From Octopus vulgaris (lineage: Eukaryota), in contig OX597816.1 in NCBI GenBank assembly GCA_951406725.2, forward strand, positions 85,436,001-85,500,000: a stretch of DNA of 64,000 bases, written 5' to 3'. The notes beneath the pieces were generated by a model that had not been told where the DNA came from, searched no databases, and saw nothing but the letters and a program-made list of their open reading frames with translations. Made by a program: the position numbers and the translations under genes. Below, in pieces: positions 1 through 12,997 of this stretch. Every line of letters begins with the position of its first letter. Within the stretch, counting starts at the first letter, position 1.

Positions 1-530
1 GATAGTATATTTAATTGACATATTTGATTGTAATAAATTTATTATATCGTTGTATGAAACGCGTTTTGTACTTGACTGCCGAAACAGCATGAATGAGAAT
101 TATAGGGAATCAAAATATACTAATTGAATACGGAATCTTGGTGTGCATGACTGTACTATTATTACCAATAAAGACATCTAACGTAAACAGAAAACCACGA
201 TAACAATCAATTTAGAGTGCCAAAGGTCACGTAATTTGCCGAATGTTCGGTTGAGTTAAGAGCCCTATTGCTTTTATAGAACTAATTTCAAAACCCGGCA
301 AAATTTGTTGTAAGACTTTACTCTTCAGGGAGTTGTGCTGCTGATGATTCTGCTACGATGAAGGTGCCTGCCGTTAGACCTTTCGGCATAATCCATTGGC
401 AGAGGATAACTAGCTCAAGAGACTCATTTAAAGAGGTTGGCGAAGAGCTCATCTGAATATGTAATTGTAGCACCATTTCGTTGCTCTCAGCATCTTTCAG
501 CGTATTCCTGTCTTGTTTTATTTAATTTAA

Positions 531-795
531 TTTTTATTTTTTACTTGCTTCACTTATTAGACTGCGGCCACGCTTGGGCACCACTATGAAGAATATTAGT
601 CGAAGGAATCTGTTGCGGTATCTTCTTAACCCTGCTACATATTTTATTAGTCTGTTGGCCTAACTGTTAAGTTACGAGGGCACAAACACACGGATATCCG
701 TTGTTAAGTGGTGGTGGAGAGCAAATTGCAGCAAAAAGACACTCAATCAGGAAAGGACACACTCACATACACGCACATATATGTGTGCGTGTCCA

Positions 796-887
<92 letters not shown>

Positions 888-997
888 AAACATTTTCTTC
901 TACCAAATTCTACTCACATGAGGCAATAGTAGAAGGTACCACACTGGAACTGAATCTGGAACCATGTGGGAAAAAAATTTCTTACCACAGAAGCACA
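531..997 (-). mobile_element. tRNA-derived SINE family A (degenerate copy) with internal (CT)n(TA)n microsatellite
   Basis: Collinear with better copies at 45604-46021 and 52078-52522: TTACTTG..GACTGCGGCCA tail, central microsatellite (797-885), TCTACCAAAT..CTCAC block and tRNA-like head at the right end. Confidence 0.75.
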
Positions 998-1004
998 AGG
1001 TTTC

Positions 1005-2160
1005 CCGTCATTGCCCCTGGTGGTACAACCAATTTATGGATTTCCGCAATAGTCACCATCCCGAAATTTCCGGAACAAACATGACAAGCAACTTCGTTAT
1101 CCCTGTATACTGATTCCTTAAAAACCTGGCCGCATTTCTTCTAGAAATGAACTTCTTTATATTTCTAACGCGTAGTTTTCTCCGGCTTCTTACTCTAATT
1201 GTCCGATATAAAATATCAGACACCAAGTTTCCACCTATACTATTTCATGTTTAGTCAGAAATATCGAATCATCAAAGAGACGTGACTTACCAACGAATAC
1301 CCACACTCTTTCATCGTTCACGAATCTCTGCAATCTGCCTTCACTTAATGCATGGGCTTTTTGATGTTGCCCGTCAAAATGTATTTGCGTCACCAGGAAG
1401 CAAATTGCAATCTCACTAATTTTCTCAGATTTATTGGGTTGTCCGGAAAGTTCGTGCCGATTTATAGTAGCTTAACTTTCGACTAATTTTAGAACATGGT
1501 TGTGTCCATAAAATAGGATTTGACTACACCTCCATTTAGGGCTCAGTTTAAGCTATCTTTTTGTGGAAGAAGGTTTATGATCCTATAACCCGTGTTAATT
1601 CTGTAACCGTTTAAAATGTAAGATATGAAAGTTCATTTGCGGCACTTGATGCTATGGGAACCAGACAAGAATTGATGCAGCTCGGTCTTACCCCATCCTC
1701 CATATTCACCAGATATTGCTTCGGATTTCCACTTGTTCAGGTCTCTGCAGAATAGTCTTAATGGTAAAAATTTTAATTCCTTGGATGACGTAAAATGGAT
1801 GAATTCTTTGCCATAAAACGACAATTCTGGGAAGAGGGTATTTTCAGATTAAAGGAAAGATGGAGACGCATTGTGCAAGAAAATAGTTCATATTTGGTTG
1901 ATTAAAAATGTAATGGCAAGTATTTATTGACCTTTTTCGTTCTTTTAAAAATCGGCACGAACTTTCTGGACAACCTAATATTTTGCTTCCTGTTACCGTC
2001 TAGTTTTCTTTTTAGAATGTTACAGACCAGCTCCACCTCTGATGTGCTCGAGACCATAAAACTGGTATCGTCCATATACGTAGATACACTTTCCCTACGT
2101 CTAAACCTCGAAGGTCCGCCCTCAGCTGTTTGAGCATCTGTATGCAATGGTTCAATTAGC
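1005..2160 (-). pseudogene. Decayed Tx1/L1-clade LINE ORF2 remnant interrupted by a mariner element
   Basis: Minus strand reads VSTYMDDTSFMVSSTSEVELV (RT YxDD region). It continues across the mariner insertion as a GAKIN..LVRLQFASW-like segment typical of this clade. Confidence 0.6.
1434..1978 (+). mobile_element. Internally deleted (MITE-like) mariner transposon
   Basis: 30-bp TIRs TTGGGTTGTCCGGAAAGTTCGTGCCGATTT (2 mismatches) with TA on both sides (1432-33, 1979-80). The transposase N-terminus (MKVHLRHLMLWE) is fused directly to the C-terminus (LPHPPYSPDIA.SDFHLFRSL). Confidence 0.92.
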
Positions 2161-2682
2161 TGAGAAGAATGTTGACGTATAGAAAGATTATAGAAGATGT
2201 ATACTTTGCATAATAAACCCATGATCTCGGGAAATAACGCAAATTTTCTGCTTACAATAATTTACGAAGATAAATTTGTGTGTTTTGATAAATGAATAAT
2301 GTGAGTAAAAGATCTCAAACAATTTAAATTCCTGTGAAGCTAGAGTAAGCAAATCCGTAGCAGACACATTGTGGTGTCTCTGAGTGATTTTAAAAGCGAA
2401 TGCTACTGTATTCTTTGTGCAACAGATTAGAGCATATGTATGCAGATCATTCAGTACATCATCGCTAAATATTTATCAAAATCTATTCCACTGGGCCAAA
2501 TGAGATATGTTTTATTAGTTCAGTGTATTGTTTCATTTAAACTTAGTATGTTGTGTTTTCTCATTTTAAATAAAACAGTGCAAAGTCTAAACTGATTTAC
2601 TGGTTTAGCAGCTTTCGTACAGATTTGGGCCGATTACCCTCTGATCTAGTAGAGAGGCTGCTGATAAAAGCGATTCGTTATA

Positions 2683-3974
2683 CGAGGGACGTTCAATAAG
2701 TAATGTCCCTGACCCACTTGCAGTTGCTTGATCTAGCTGAAATTTAGCATGTGCAATCATTTATATCTCTATAGATTAAGTGGTGAATTACAGCTCTGAA
2801 CTAATTGAGGTTTCTGATTTACAGGTGTTTGAACAGAGTCAAGTGTGAAATGGAGCCTGTTGAGTGTCGAGCAGTGATCCGGTTTTTGTATTTGAAAGGA
2901 CGCACACCACGGGAGACTTTTGATGAAATGAAAGTAACTTATGGTGATGATGCCCCATCATAGGACCTTGTAAAACGCTGGTATCGGGAATTCAAACATG
3001 GTCGGAACTCTGTGGAAACAGCTCCCAGATCTGGTCGCCCCGCTTCTGCCATTGATGAGGCATCTGTCCATCAAGTTGAGGCTGCCATTTTGGAAGATCG
3101 ACGCATAATTATTCGCCAAATAGCCCATGAGGTCAAGACTAGTACCGGGTCTGTGGAAACTATCATTCATGACCATTTGCATATGCAAAAGGTGTTTGCC
3201 AGATGGATTCCCAGGTTGCTCACGCCTTTCTAGAAGCAAGAACGCGTCGAGTGCTCGAGGATGAATTTGGAGATGTGCCAACAAGATGAGTCAAATTTTT
3301 TCAAAAGACTGATTACACAGGATGAAACCTGGGTCCATCACGATGATCCAGAGACCAAAGCCGAATCAATGCAGTGGAAGCACCGTGACTCACCCCCTCC
3401 AAAGGAGACAAGGGTGCAGCCCTCCGCTGGCAATGTCATGCTCACAGTCTTCTGGGACCAGGACGGAGTAGTGATGACAGATTTCCTGGCAAAGGGTACC
3501 ACAATTACAGGAGCCTATTATGCTTCACTTTTGAGGAAATTAAGAGAAGTTATCAAAATCAAGAGGCGGAGCAAGATCAGCAAAGGCATCCTCCTCCTGC
3601 AGGACAACGCTCCGGTCCACAACTCGCTTGTCGCCAGATCAGAAGCACAGGCGTATGGCTATGAACTCCTCCCCCATCCCCCTACTTTCCTGACCTTGCA
3701 CCCTCTGATTTTCCCCTCTTCCCAGTCATGAAGTTGTTTTTGAAAGGAAAGCGTTTCCCAGATGATGCAACCTTGATTTCTGAAGTCACGTTCAGGTTGG
3801 AGGACCAAGCTGGGGTCTTCTACAAAAACGGTCTCCAGAGCTGTATCAAACGATGGGAGAAATGCGTGACTCTGGGTGATTCCTATGTAGAAAAAGACTA
3901 ATAACTGTGCCAAGTTACGTTGCTCTACTGCTATGGGAAGTGGGTCAGGGGCATTACTTATTGAACGCCCCTCG
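2683..3974 (+). mobile_element. Full-length mariner (DD34D) DNA transposon, 1292 bp
   Basis: TIRs CGAGGG(A/G)CGTTCAATAAGTAATG(T/C)CCCTGACCCACTT at both ends, flanked by TA at 2681-82 and 3975-76. Confidence 0.96.
2850..3901 (+). pseudogene. Mariner transposase pseudogene (~350 codons)
   Basis: ATG at 2850 (MEPVECRAVIRFL), WIPRLLT, ITQDETW, LLQDNAPVH and PDLAPSDF motifs. In-frame TAGs at 2961 and 3231, and a 1-nt deletion near 3680. Confidence 0.93.
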
Positions 3975-4255
3975 TAATATCTTGCTAACAGCCAATTTAT
4001 AGTTGGAACTGATGTATGAATGCTTACCTCTAAAATCTAACCTTTAGATTAAGTGGGTGTATAAAAAAGTGTTTTTCTCCTGTAAAAAGTTAGGGAAAAT
4101 GTTGCGAAGGAGATAATAGTGAATAAAATTACATTATATGGGTGACTATGGATCTGTGAACATAATTTTGGACAAGGTTCTGATTCTCGATGCTGTACCA
4201 TGTATATTTATTTTATCATTTTCATATGATTTTATTTAAACGCCTACAATTTAAC

Positions 4256-4291
<36 letters not shown>

Positions 4292-4394
4292 ACCCTTCAT
4301 CTATATGTATTGTTACCCTTCATGTATATGTATTGCTACTCCTCATTGGCCAGCTGGGAGAGTGGCTAGTGAATCGAAGAAAATGCACAGAACC

Positions 4395-4535
4395 ATTTTT
4401 CAGGTTTTTTACGTTCTACATACTAATCCCATCGCAGTCTGCTTTTCGTGTCATCCTTTTGTGGTCGATAAAATAAAGTACCTGAGAAGCATGGAATTCC
4501 TCCCCGTAAAATTGCGCACCTAGTGTCAAAGCTTT
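4395..4535 (+). mobile_element. SINE family B, degenerate fragment
   Basis: Contains the TCATCCTTTTGTGGTCGATAAAATAAAGTACC core shared with 10083-10282. Confidence 0.55.
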
Positions 4536-4610
4536 TAAGTTTTCCATTGAGCGTAACCAAACAAACACCTTTTGTGAAGCGGTGGTGGAGACAATTCAAA
4601 CTCAGCGTAC

Positions 4611-4611
4611 A

Positions 4612-4678
<67 letters not shown>

Positions 4679-4752
4679 GTATCTATCTATTTATCTATCT
4701 CTTTATATATATATATATATATCGAGAGAGAGTGTGTGAGAGAGAGAAAGAG
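4611..4752. repeat. Compound (TCTA)n/(TA)n/(GA)n microsatellite
   Basis: Seen directly. Confidence 0.95.
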
Positions 4753-4866
4753 AGGTGGGGAGAGATGTATATCCAGTATCCAATCACGAGGAATCGATGT
4801 TAGATGGGTAGAAATAATTGTAGTGACCAATAAAGATTCTCGTATTTTCCATCTTCCATCTCTACT

Positions 4867-4990
4867 CGACGATTTACTTTCCGTCTACCAAATTATTTCG
4901 CATGGCTATAATTGAAACCCCTTACACAAGGTGCCAAGCACGGTGACTGGACTCAAAACCATGTAGTTGGAAAGCAAGCTACGCCTACAC
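4867..4990 (-). mobile_element. SINE family A, 5' part, A-box segment missing
   Basis: TTTCCGTCTACCAAAT...CAAGGTGCCA...AACCATGTAGTTGGAAAGCAAGCTA, then a jump to CGCCT. Confidence 0.65.
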
Positions 4991-5929
4991 TTATTATTTT
5001 TGTTTATATACAATTGTATAGCCGTAGGTAGATATAGCAAAATGATTAAACATGCTGAAGTGGATATGTAGCGGCCTATTTGTTGAACTACATATTTTCC
5101 TTTTGATTATCATACTGTAATACCCATGTAACACCCTTGATTAAATATATTTGGGCTAGAGGCTGCAGAAAATGATTGGTATTGTATTTTAACGACCCCG
5201 AAAAATAAAACGCAAATATGATCTCAATGGGAGATCAAACACAAATTTGACCTCAGTGAGACGTCAAATGCAAATCTGACCTCAACATAAAGACCTGGAG
5301 TAGTTAGTTCAATGCACTTTGTCTGATTCTGCCAATTAATCGGCCTTTTACGAAATATAATTAATAAAAAGAGCTAACAGACTACAGGCTTTTCTTAATT
5401 GAAAATAAAAAGAAATCAATATATAAAATGAAGTATAGATTGTGCAGAAAATATACGTAAACCCTCGAGGCATAGCATGGAGCGACATAAATGCTAGCTA
5501 AATATTGCCAGAAAATGCAGCATAGAAAAAAAATGGGAGAAAAAGTAATGCATATGGTTTTTATTAGCCATTAAATTAACGGCATCTATATCTATAAAAC
5601 TGAATATTCCCATAATCTAGGATGCATGCTCATTCTGCAAAACTTTACAATGGCTTCAGGATATGGACTAATTTGTGTTTCCTCTCGTAAAATGGCAGCA
5701 AAGTGTCTGTATTCAATGAAACGAAAATTCAGCTCATCAGCTCTTCCAACCAGAAACCTTTCTTTGTTAATGGCGTATTAAACCAATTATTATTAGTGAA
5801 GATTACGAAATTTGTCACGGCACTCAATTGTTCTTCCTAAATGAATTTCGATAAGTAGCCACACAGCTTACCAACGTGCCTTGCTATAATTTAGATAAAG
5901 TCTCTATAGATTTGGCTTCAATTTAAAGA

Positions 5930-6067
5930 CATTGTTATTAATAATGCATCATCATGATCGTAGTCATGATCATCATGATTATCATCATGATCACCATGAT
6001 CATAATCATGATCATCATCATTATTATCATCATCAATATTATGAGGCCTTGTGCCTATTGAAGGTAT

Positions 6068-6117
<50 letters not shown>

Positions 6118-6122
6118 TAATA

Positions 6123-6164
<42 letters not shown>

Positions 6165-6302
6165 ATGGTCGTTATTCCCACAAAATATCTTGTGCTCCTA
6201 AATTAAAAGCAATCATGATGATGATGATGATGATGATCGTCATCAACATCATAATCATCATCATCGTCGCCGTCGTCGTTGTCATCATCATCATTATTAT
6301 TG
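5930..6302. repeat. (ATC)n/(AAT)n/(ATT)n microsatellite cluster
   Basis: Seen directly. Includes an AAT-to-ATT strand switch near 6123. Confidence 0.9.
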
Positions 6303-6304
6303 GA

Positions 6305-6475
6305 GGTAGTATTTGGTCTGCCGCTACGTTCTGAGTTCAAATTCTGCCGAGGTCGACTTTGACTTTCATCCCTTTTGGGGTTGATAAAATAAATACCAGT
6401 TACGCACTGGGGTTGATGTAATCTACTTAACCCCTCCTCACAAATTGCAGGCCTTGTGCCTATAATGGAATGTAT
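6305..6475 (+). mobile_element. SINE family B, 5'-truncated
   Basis: GTTCTGAGTTCAAATTCTGCCGAGGTCGACTTTGACTTTCATCC...GATAAAATAAATACCAG...GGCCTTGTGCC. Confidence 0.8.
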
Positions 6476-6777
6476 TATTATTATTATCATCATCATCATC
6501 ATCATTATTATTATCATGGACGCCATACAGTATAGTCACGGAAATTAGGATCTCCGTAAGTTGAAAAAGTGCTTGTAATATTTTCGGCCTTCTAAGGCTA
6601 CGTGTTGTCATTTTTATTGTTACCATTGCAATTATGAGATTGTCTGAACTGCGCAGATACTAATTTTGTGTGGAAACACCACTTATTTTGCAGGGGGTGC
6701 GCATCAATATATTTTTTTAATTTTGACTATTCACGGCAAAAGCAAATATTTGGCAATTTTCTGTATTTATTTAAAGA

Positions 6778-9700
6778 TGGCTGATAAACAAACCATTATA
6801 ATGTCCGTGAAAGGAACATGCTCGTTGCGGAAAAATTGAGGAGGAGGAAAAAAATGTGAGAATAAGAACGTCGAATAGCCTAAGCTTCATGACGTCACTG
6901 AGGTGAATGATGTTTCGTCTCTGAACAACAAAAGTTTCGGCGTCGGCAACGAGAACAATAACAGCAGCAGCAGTGACAACACCACCAACAACAACGACGA
7001 CGACGATGACGACAACAAAAACAATGGTAACAACAGCAACATTGACACACAGCAACAACAATAAGAAAAAAATGAAACATAAAAACGCAAATATCGCCCC
7101 CGCTTCTTTTGTGTTTGCGGTGGGAAATATGGAAAGTTTACACATAGATGAAGAAGAATTAAAATTAGCTAGAAAGATTGTAAAAAGAGATGGAAGAAGG
7201 GTAGATCTAAACCACCCAACCGACATGATAAAAAATACCGCAAGATGCACGGTAACATACCGTTGTATCGGAGTGAAGTCTCGGAGGGTGGAAAATGCTC
7301 CTGAGAGCGAAATACAAAAATGCCTTGGGCGCATGTGGGATGCCTTGGGCGCATCATCAGAGGAAAGAAGTTTGGAACTCCAGAGGTGAGATTTGGGAAG
7401 GAAGAAGAAGTTAGATGTGATTCCGCGACAACTTTCAGGAATGACAACTTTTTCTTAATCCCCAGCTATCCGAGCCAACGCCTTGCCAAGATTAGGGCGC
7501 TGAATGTGCCGCCAAAAATAGTGGCGGCCTTCGTAGCAGATTTAGAATTGTACGAAGTCACGATATTGGAGGCCTAGAAAGTACCTAAACAAATCTGGTT
7601 AGGTATATATATGGAACTGACTTTGGAATGCAAGCAGGACCGTATCGACCCCTTGCCCGATCTAATCGATCTTCCAGATGGTACTCACCTGTTAGTGTTA
7701 GTGGTGGGTAGAATGCCAAGATGTCGCATATGTGGATCTGTAACCCACCTAATGGTTTTCTGCCCTGAAACAAGAAAAAATAAAGTCTCACTGCTACCAA
7801 ACATTACAACCACCACAAATGCAAAATCATTAAAAAAGGTGTTCAAGACTCCTACACATATTCCCACACTCATGCACACTCCCAAACCAAGAACAAGAAG
7901 GCGTATCCTCCCGGTTGCCACTGAAAAGCAAGTTTCACCTGAATACTCTTCCTCCCAAACCAACATCAACTACAATGACATGGAGAAAGAAGAATCGTAC
8001 GGTCAATGGATCAAAGTGACAAACGGTGTATGCAAAAAGGGAGGAAAGTACACATCCATTCTCCAAGAAATCAACAAAACTTATTCTGGAATTACAACTG
8101 TAACACAATTCACAGACACGCCACCAAAAACAACACGAACAAGAAAAACTCAAAAAGAGCATCATCACAAACAACAGCATGAAATCACCGAAACATAGAA
8201 ACAAACAATTACAAAAATATTCATCAAACTGTAGACGAAATGTATCCATCAAAAACTGTTGTGGGGAAGTGTAACAGTGAATTGATGGATTTTGTAAGTC
8301 AAAACAAAAACAAAATAGAGACAGAGAGAAAGGAATATGGGGATTTCATCCTCAAAATTCCCATGGACAGACTTCGTCAGATGCTTATGAAGCTATAAGA
8401 GAAAAATTACCTGGTAGTGTCGGGATTTAAAAGCTGTTGGAAGGGCTTTGAAAAAAGAAATTCGCCAGTACAGAGGCCCGGAACTACCGGGGTACTCGAA
8501 AATCAAGATGAGTAATTGGAGGATCAGTTAAACTGCTCGGGTTCTGGTTTAGTCCTGACCTCCAGGTAGATAACAATTGGGAAAAGGTGACGAACAGGGT
8601 GACCTTTCTTAGCAAAAAATGAGCAGAGAGGAAATTGTCCTTGAAAGGTCGGGAAGAGGCAGCGAATTCCTACATCGTCTCTGCCATTAATTATCGTATG
8701 GCCGTCGTGCCTTGAGCCAGTTGCTGCTTGATTAGATCGGAGCGTATTCTTTTCATTTTCTTGTGGAAGGAACGGGTTGCTATGGTCTGGTGGTCGGTCT
8801 GCTGCCAACTTCCTCTGCGTAGCGGCATAGGCATGCCATGACTTTGAATGCGCAGACACGCAGCCCGGTTGCGCAAACTGTAACGATTTCTAGAAGCAGA
8901 ACGTTTGTGCATCTTTCTGCATCTTGTCTCCTTGATGGAGCTGTAATCTTGGGTAAAGGATAGGCCAAGACTGGGATCCTGGAACTTAGAATGTTGTCAG
9001 GTGCTCACTGTCTTCTACAAATCGGGTAATGAGATCGGTGGTTATTCCACGTTAGCTATATACAGATGATTAGTAGCGGGTAAGTGCGACGACGTCCTTG
9101 GAGAGAAACTAGGCGTCGATGAAGACGAACTGGTAAGTTTATTACGGAGGACTTTCCGATCGAGATCTACTATGGATAATTTCCAGATGTCGTTGGCGTG
9201 GCAGTGCTACCGGGGAGTGCCGCCGGTTCGAAATAAACTCTACAAGCACGGATGTGCTCTCAGACGGGCTTGTGCGATTTGCTCGCAGAGCGACAAAACC
9301 GTTCTGTATGGACTCATCTAATGTCCGGGAATTACTGACTTGTGGAATTATGTCGAACAGCTGCGGTCGCGTGTGGGACGGATACGTCTGTCAGTTGAAT
9401 CCATAATGATGATTGATGCGCCGCCCCCTTTAATCGGGCAGGCAAAGCAATTTTCCTTTGTCTGGTGGCTGTGGAGAAAGAGGTTGTCTGTTTGACGAGG
9501 CTGAAAGGAATGAGGATAGATACATTCCTCTTTGGAAAAACCCTCATAGACTTCTGAAAGTTTCACTTGAAAAGGAAAGTGAGGGTGGAGAGGGAAGTGC
9601 TGTCCTCGAGTAAATTTATGAAAAGGTGGGTGAAAATTGCGAAAATGATAAGAGTGGATGGTACTGCACTCAGGGTAGACATTTGAGTCGAAAAAAAGAG

Positions 9701-9965
9701 TTGGAGACCCTTCTCGTCGTTGGTATTCAGGGTGGACTTGGATGGCGAGGTTCCTCGATTATACCTAGAGGTCCTGCTGTATCGGAGGGACCCCATCACA
9801 ATCACTTTCCCCTCTTTTTCTAGTGTCGTATATTATGTATACTTCTCTTTTGTATACTGTGTATGCTTTTTATTTTAGCATTACATTATACGTAACCCCC
9901 CACACTTTATGTCTATCTTTGTATTTTCCCCTTCATCCTTCGTCCAGGTGTGAACGAAATGAAAT
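6778..9965 (+). mobile_element. Tx1/L1-clade LINE: disrupted ORF1 plus ORF2 C-terminus, endonuclease and RT core absent
   Basis: ORF1 pieces carry a CCHC knuckle (PRCRICGSVTHLMVFCP). ORF2 resumes near 8525 (VKLLGFWFSPDLQVDNNWEKV) and includes a zf-RVT-like SLAWQCYRG...CAICSQSDKTV segment. The 3' end runs into (ATC)n. Confidence 0.8.
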
Positions 9966-10039
9966 CATCATCATCATCATCATCATCGTCATCATTATTA
10001 TTATTAATATTATCATTATTATTGCAGTTGTTGTAGTAG

Positions 10040-10079
<40 letters not shown>

Positions 10080-10082
10080 ATA

Positions 10083-10282
10083 AAGGCGGCCAGCTGGCAA
10101 AATTGTTAGCACGCCGGGCGAAACGCTTACCGGTATTTCGTCTGTCATTTTGTTCTGAGTTTAAATTCCGCCGAGGTCGACATTGCCTTTCATTATTTCG
10201 GGGTCGATAAATTACGTACCAGTGAAACACTCAGGTAGATGTAATCGGCAAGTCCCCTTCCCCAAATGTCAGACCTTGTGCG
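10083..10282 (+). mobile_element. SINE family B, near full length
   Basis: GGCGGCCAGCTGGCAAAATTG head (A-box-like), GAGTTTAAATTCC (B-box-like) and conserved GCCTTTCAT..TTTCGGGGTCGATAAA core. At least eight related copies occur in the window. Confidence 0.85.
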
Positions 10283-10739
10283 TTAGCAGCTGGTGGGACG
10301 AAATTGGTATTTCAAGATTTCTAGGACAAAGATTTTCGATATTGGTGGTGGGGCCGGGATTAGGTGGGTGCTTCATGTGCAAACAAGTTTCTAACACCAA
10401 AGAGAAAGAATGAAAAGAAAAAAAAAATTAATAAATCCATTATTATTTAAATGCCAGTAATTTTAAAGTTGCATTTCAGTTGTGGTCAATATCTCATGTC
10501 AAAGTATGGTCTAATGTTCAATATATAGTATGTTAAATGCAGGTTAAAACATTGGTTCTTCTTCTTCAACAACGTTAGTTTAGATATATACAGTATTTTT
10601 TTCTCTCATAACTTTATAATAATGGAAATATTTCAATTTTTATTTGCTCTAAAATGTTACTAACTTGTTTTATAATAGCAAATATCGAACTTATTACCCG
10701 ACTAATAGAGAACAGTATGCGCCTGATGATATTCGAGAT

Positions 10740-11225
10740 GCCAGTCGTTGGAATGCCGTCAGAAGCTCACTGCTCTCTGCCAGTCGGGCAATTCAGTCGG
10801 AGGAAGGCCTACAATAGCAATATATAAAAACTAGTAGACGGTAAGAGTGATTATATTCTCGGGGAATCTCTTGGCTTCGATGAATATGAAATATTTTCGA
10901 AGACTTTCAGGCCTGGAACTACTATAGCTAACTTCTAAAGATCCCTGACATGGGAGTGCTACCGCGGAACACTGTCAGTTCAAGACAAACTCTTCAGGCA
11001 CGGAAGTGCTGTCAGACAGGATTTCCGAGGTGCACGAAGATGGACGAAACCGTTCAGTATGTACTCGTGCAGTGTCAGAGTATTACTAAGATATGGAGGT
11101 ATGGGACTATTGGTTGAATCCATTGTGTGGATCGCCTTACCACCCATCTTTAGCAAGGCAGTGCGGACATTGTTCCTCTGTCTAGTGGTCATGTGGTAGA
11201 GGAAAGGTTTCAAGAAAGACACTGT
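10740..11225 (+). pseudogene. Tx1-like ORF2 C-terminal (zf-RVT) remnant
   Basis: RSLTWECYRGTLSVQDKLFRHGSAV..DETVQYVLVQC, homologous to 9190-9330 and 36580-36660. Confidence 0.75.
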
Positions 11226-12286
11226 AATGGTAATAATTATTATTAAACTTCACTGCACAGTATAGATAGAAACTGTTGCTTTTTGTTGCTTTTTTCCTCA
11301 TATTTAACAACTGTCAAGACTTTTCAATAAATAAATAAATAGGCTTTCAGACAGACGATTGCTTGCGGGTGTATGAGCTGCACGAAGAAAAACGAATTTT
11401 GGATCTCACATATATCTGTTTCGTGTTCAATTTTTGGCGGATTACACTAAATATTCAGATGTTGACGGTTAAATTTTTCACTTCGCTACTGCACACCCAT
11501 GCAATTAGATCAATATATTTCGGGATATTTTCTATCTACTTGTCTGCTAACTTTCTCTCTAGAAGTTTTGCAACTTCATTTCAAAGTCTCTCTTTTTTTT
11601 TTATCATGTCAAATGATACCTGATCTCACACTTGGAGATAGATGGACCCCAGTGGGTTTAGATGTCTTGACACTGCAGATTGTGACGCCGTTGCTAGCAA
11701 TTTATTAGGAGATGGAAGAACACCAAATCACAGATCATATGACATAAATATTAGAAATTTGGAACAGAGATCAGAAATAAAATCCGGGAATGTCTTGCCG
11801 GTCGCTTAACCGTGTTATTGGTTACTATCAAGTTCCCTGCAAAATTTAATTTATAATGTTAAACGTATAAATTGATCGATTTCTTAATCGTATTTTTTAT
11901 AATCTTTCTTAATTGTACTGCTTCTATTTAGTAATCATGATATTAAAGCATAAACGTGTATTATTTACATGGAGGTGAAGCGATCTCATTGACAAATCAA
12001 TGATTAGAGCGATATATAACACACTATTTAATCCGTATTATTTTTGATTATATGAGATACTGTCATTTAAGATGCTACTATGGCTGGATTGAACACCCGA
12101 ACACATACTTTGTTACATATGCTGTTAAATATAGAGCACTTTTTCGAAGCGATATTTCCAACAAAACATATGCAACGAAGAACATCCGACACAGGGACGG
12201 AATTCCATTTTACATGACTTCATACACTAAAATCAGAAATCCAATTGCACTATCCTTCCTTTCAAAGCAAGCTAATAGCAGAATAT

Positions 12287-12359
<73 letters not shown>

Positions 12360-12878
12360 CTAAGAAGGAATATATTCACAGACATGACAGAGTTGGAACC
12401 TACATACACTGTAAGCTATGCCAACATTATGGAATCACAACAGAAAAGAGATGGTATAGGCACACACCAGAAAAGGTCACAGAAAACGAGCAAGCAACCA
12501 TACTCTGGGATATGCCGATACACACAGATAAAGAAATTAAGGCCAACAGACCAGATATAGTTGTCTGAGATCATGAAGAAAAAAGTGCTTCCTAATTGAT
12601 GTATCAATACCGGCAGATGACAACGTGTCTAAAAGAAATGGAGAAACTTTCAAAATACAAAGACCTGGAAATAGAGGTAACCAGAATGTGGAATCTAAAA
12701 ACAGAAACAATCCCTATCATAGCAGGTGCATTAGGCATGATAAAAAAATATTCAGACAAATACATAACAAAAACACCAGGACTTACAAACACATAACATA
12801 CAGAAAATTGCACTACTAGGCACTGCACACTTTCTACGCAGAACACTTTCCATACAATAACCATCAGAGCATCACAAC
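12360..12878 (+). mobile_element. 5'-truncated R4/Dong-like non-LTR element (RLE endonuclease end) inside (TAA)n
   Basis: ILWDMPIHTDKEIKANRPDIVV, EKLSKYKDLEIEVTRMW, IPIIAGALG, QKIALLGTAH. (TAA)n tracts lie on both sides (12290-12359 and 12880-12995). Confidence 0.9.
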
Positions 12879-12882
12879 TAAT

Positions 12883-12938
<56 letters not shown>

Positions 12939-12963
12939 TAATAATAATAACAATAACAACAAC

Positions 12964-12997
<34 letters not shown>

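Noticed and set aside
701-1084. ORFs with IYIYIY, CVCVCV, HTHT, poly-I, poly-E, poly-L or poly-S runs here and throughout the ORF track
   Set aside because: They are translations of stop-free microsatellites, not proteins.
2850-3901. Domesticated or active mariner transposase
   Set aside because: It has two in-frame stops and a frameshift, and retains both TIRs, so it is an ordinary dead copy.
5655-5750. Minus-strand CUGAUGA...GAAAC...GUC hammerhead-like spacing
   Set aside because: Stems I and II do not pair, so this is a chance match.
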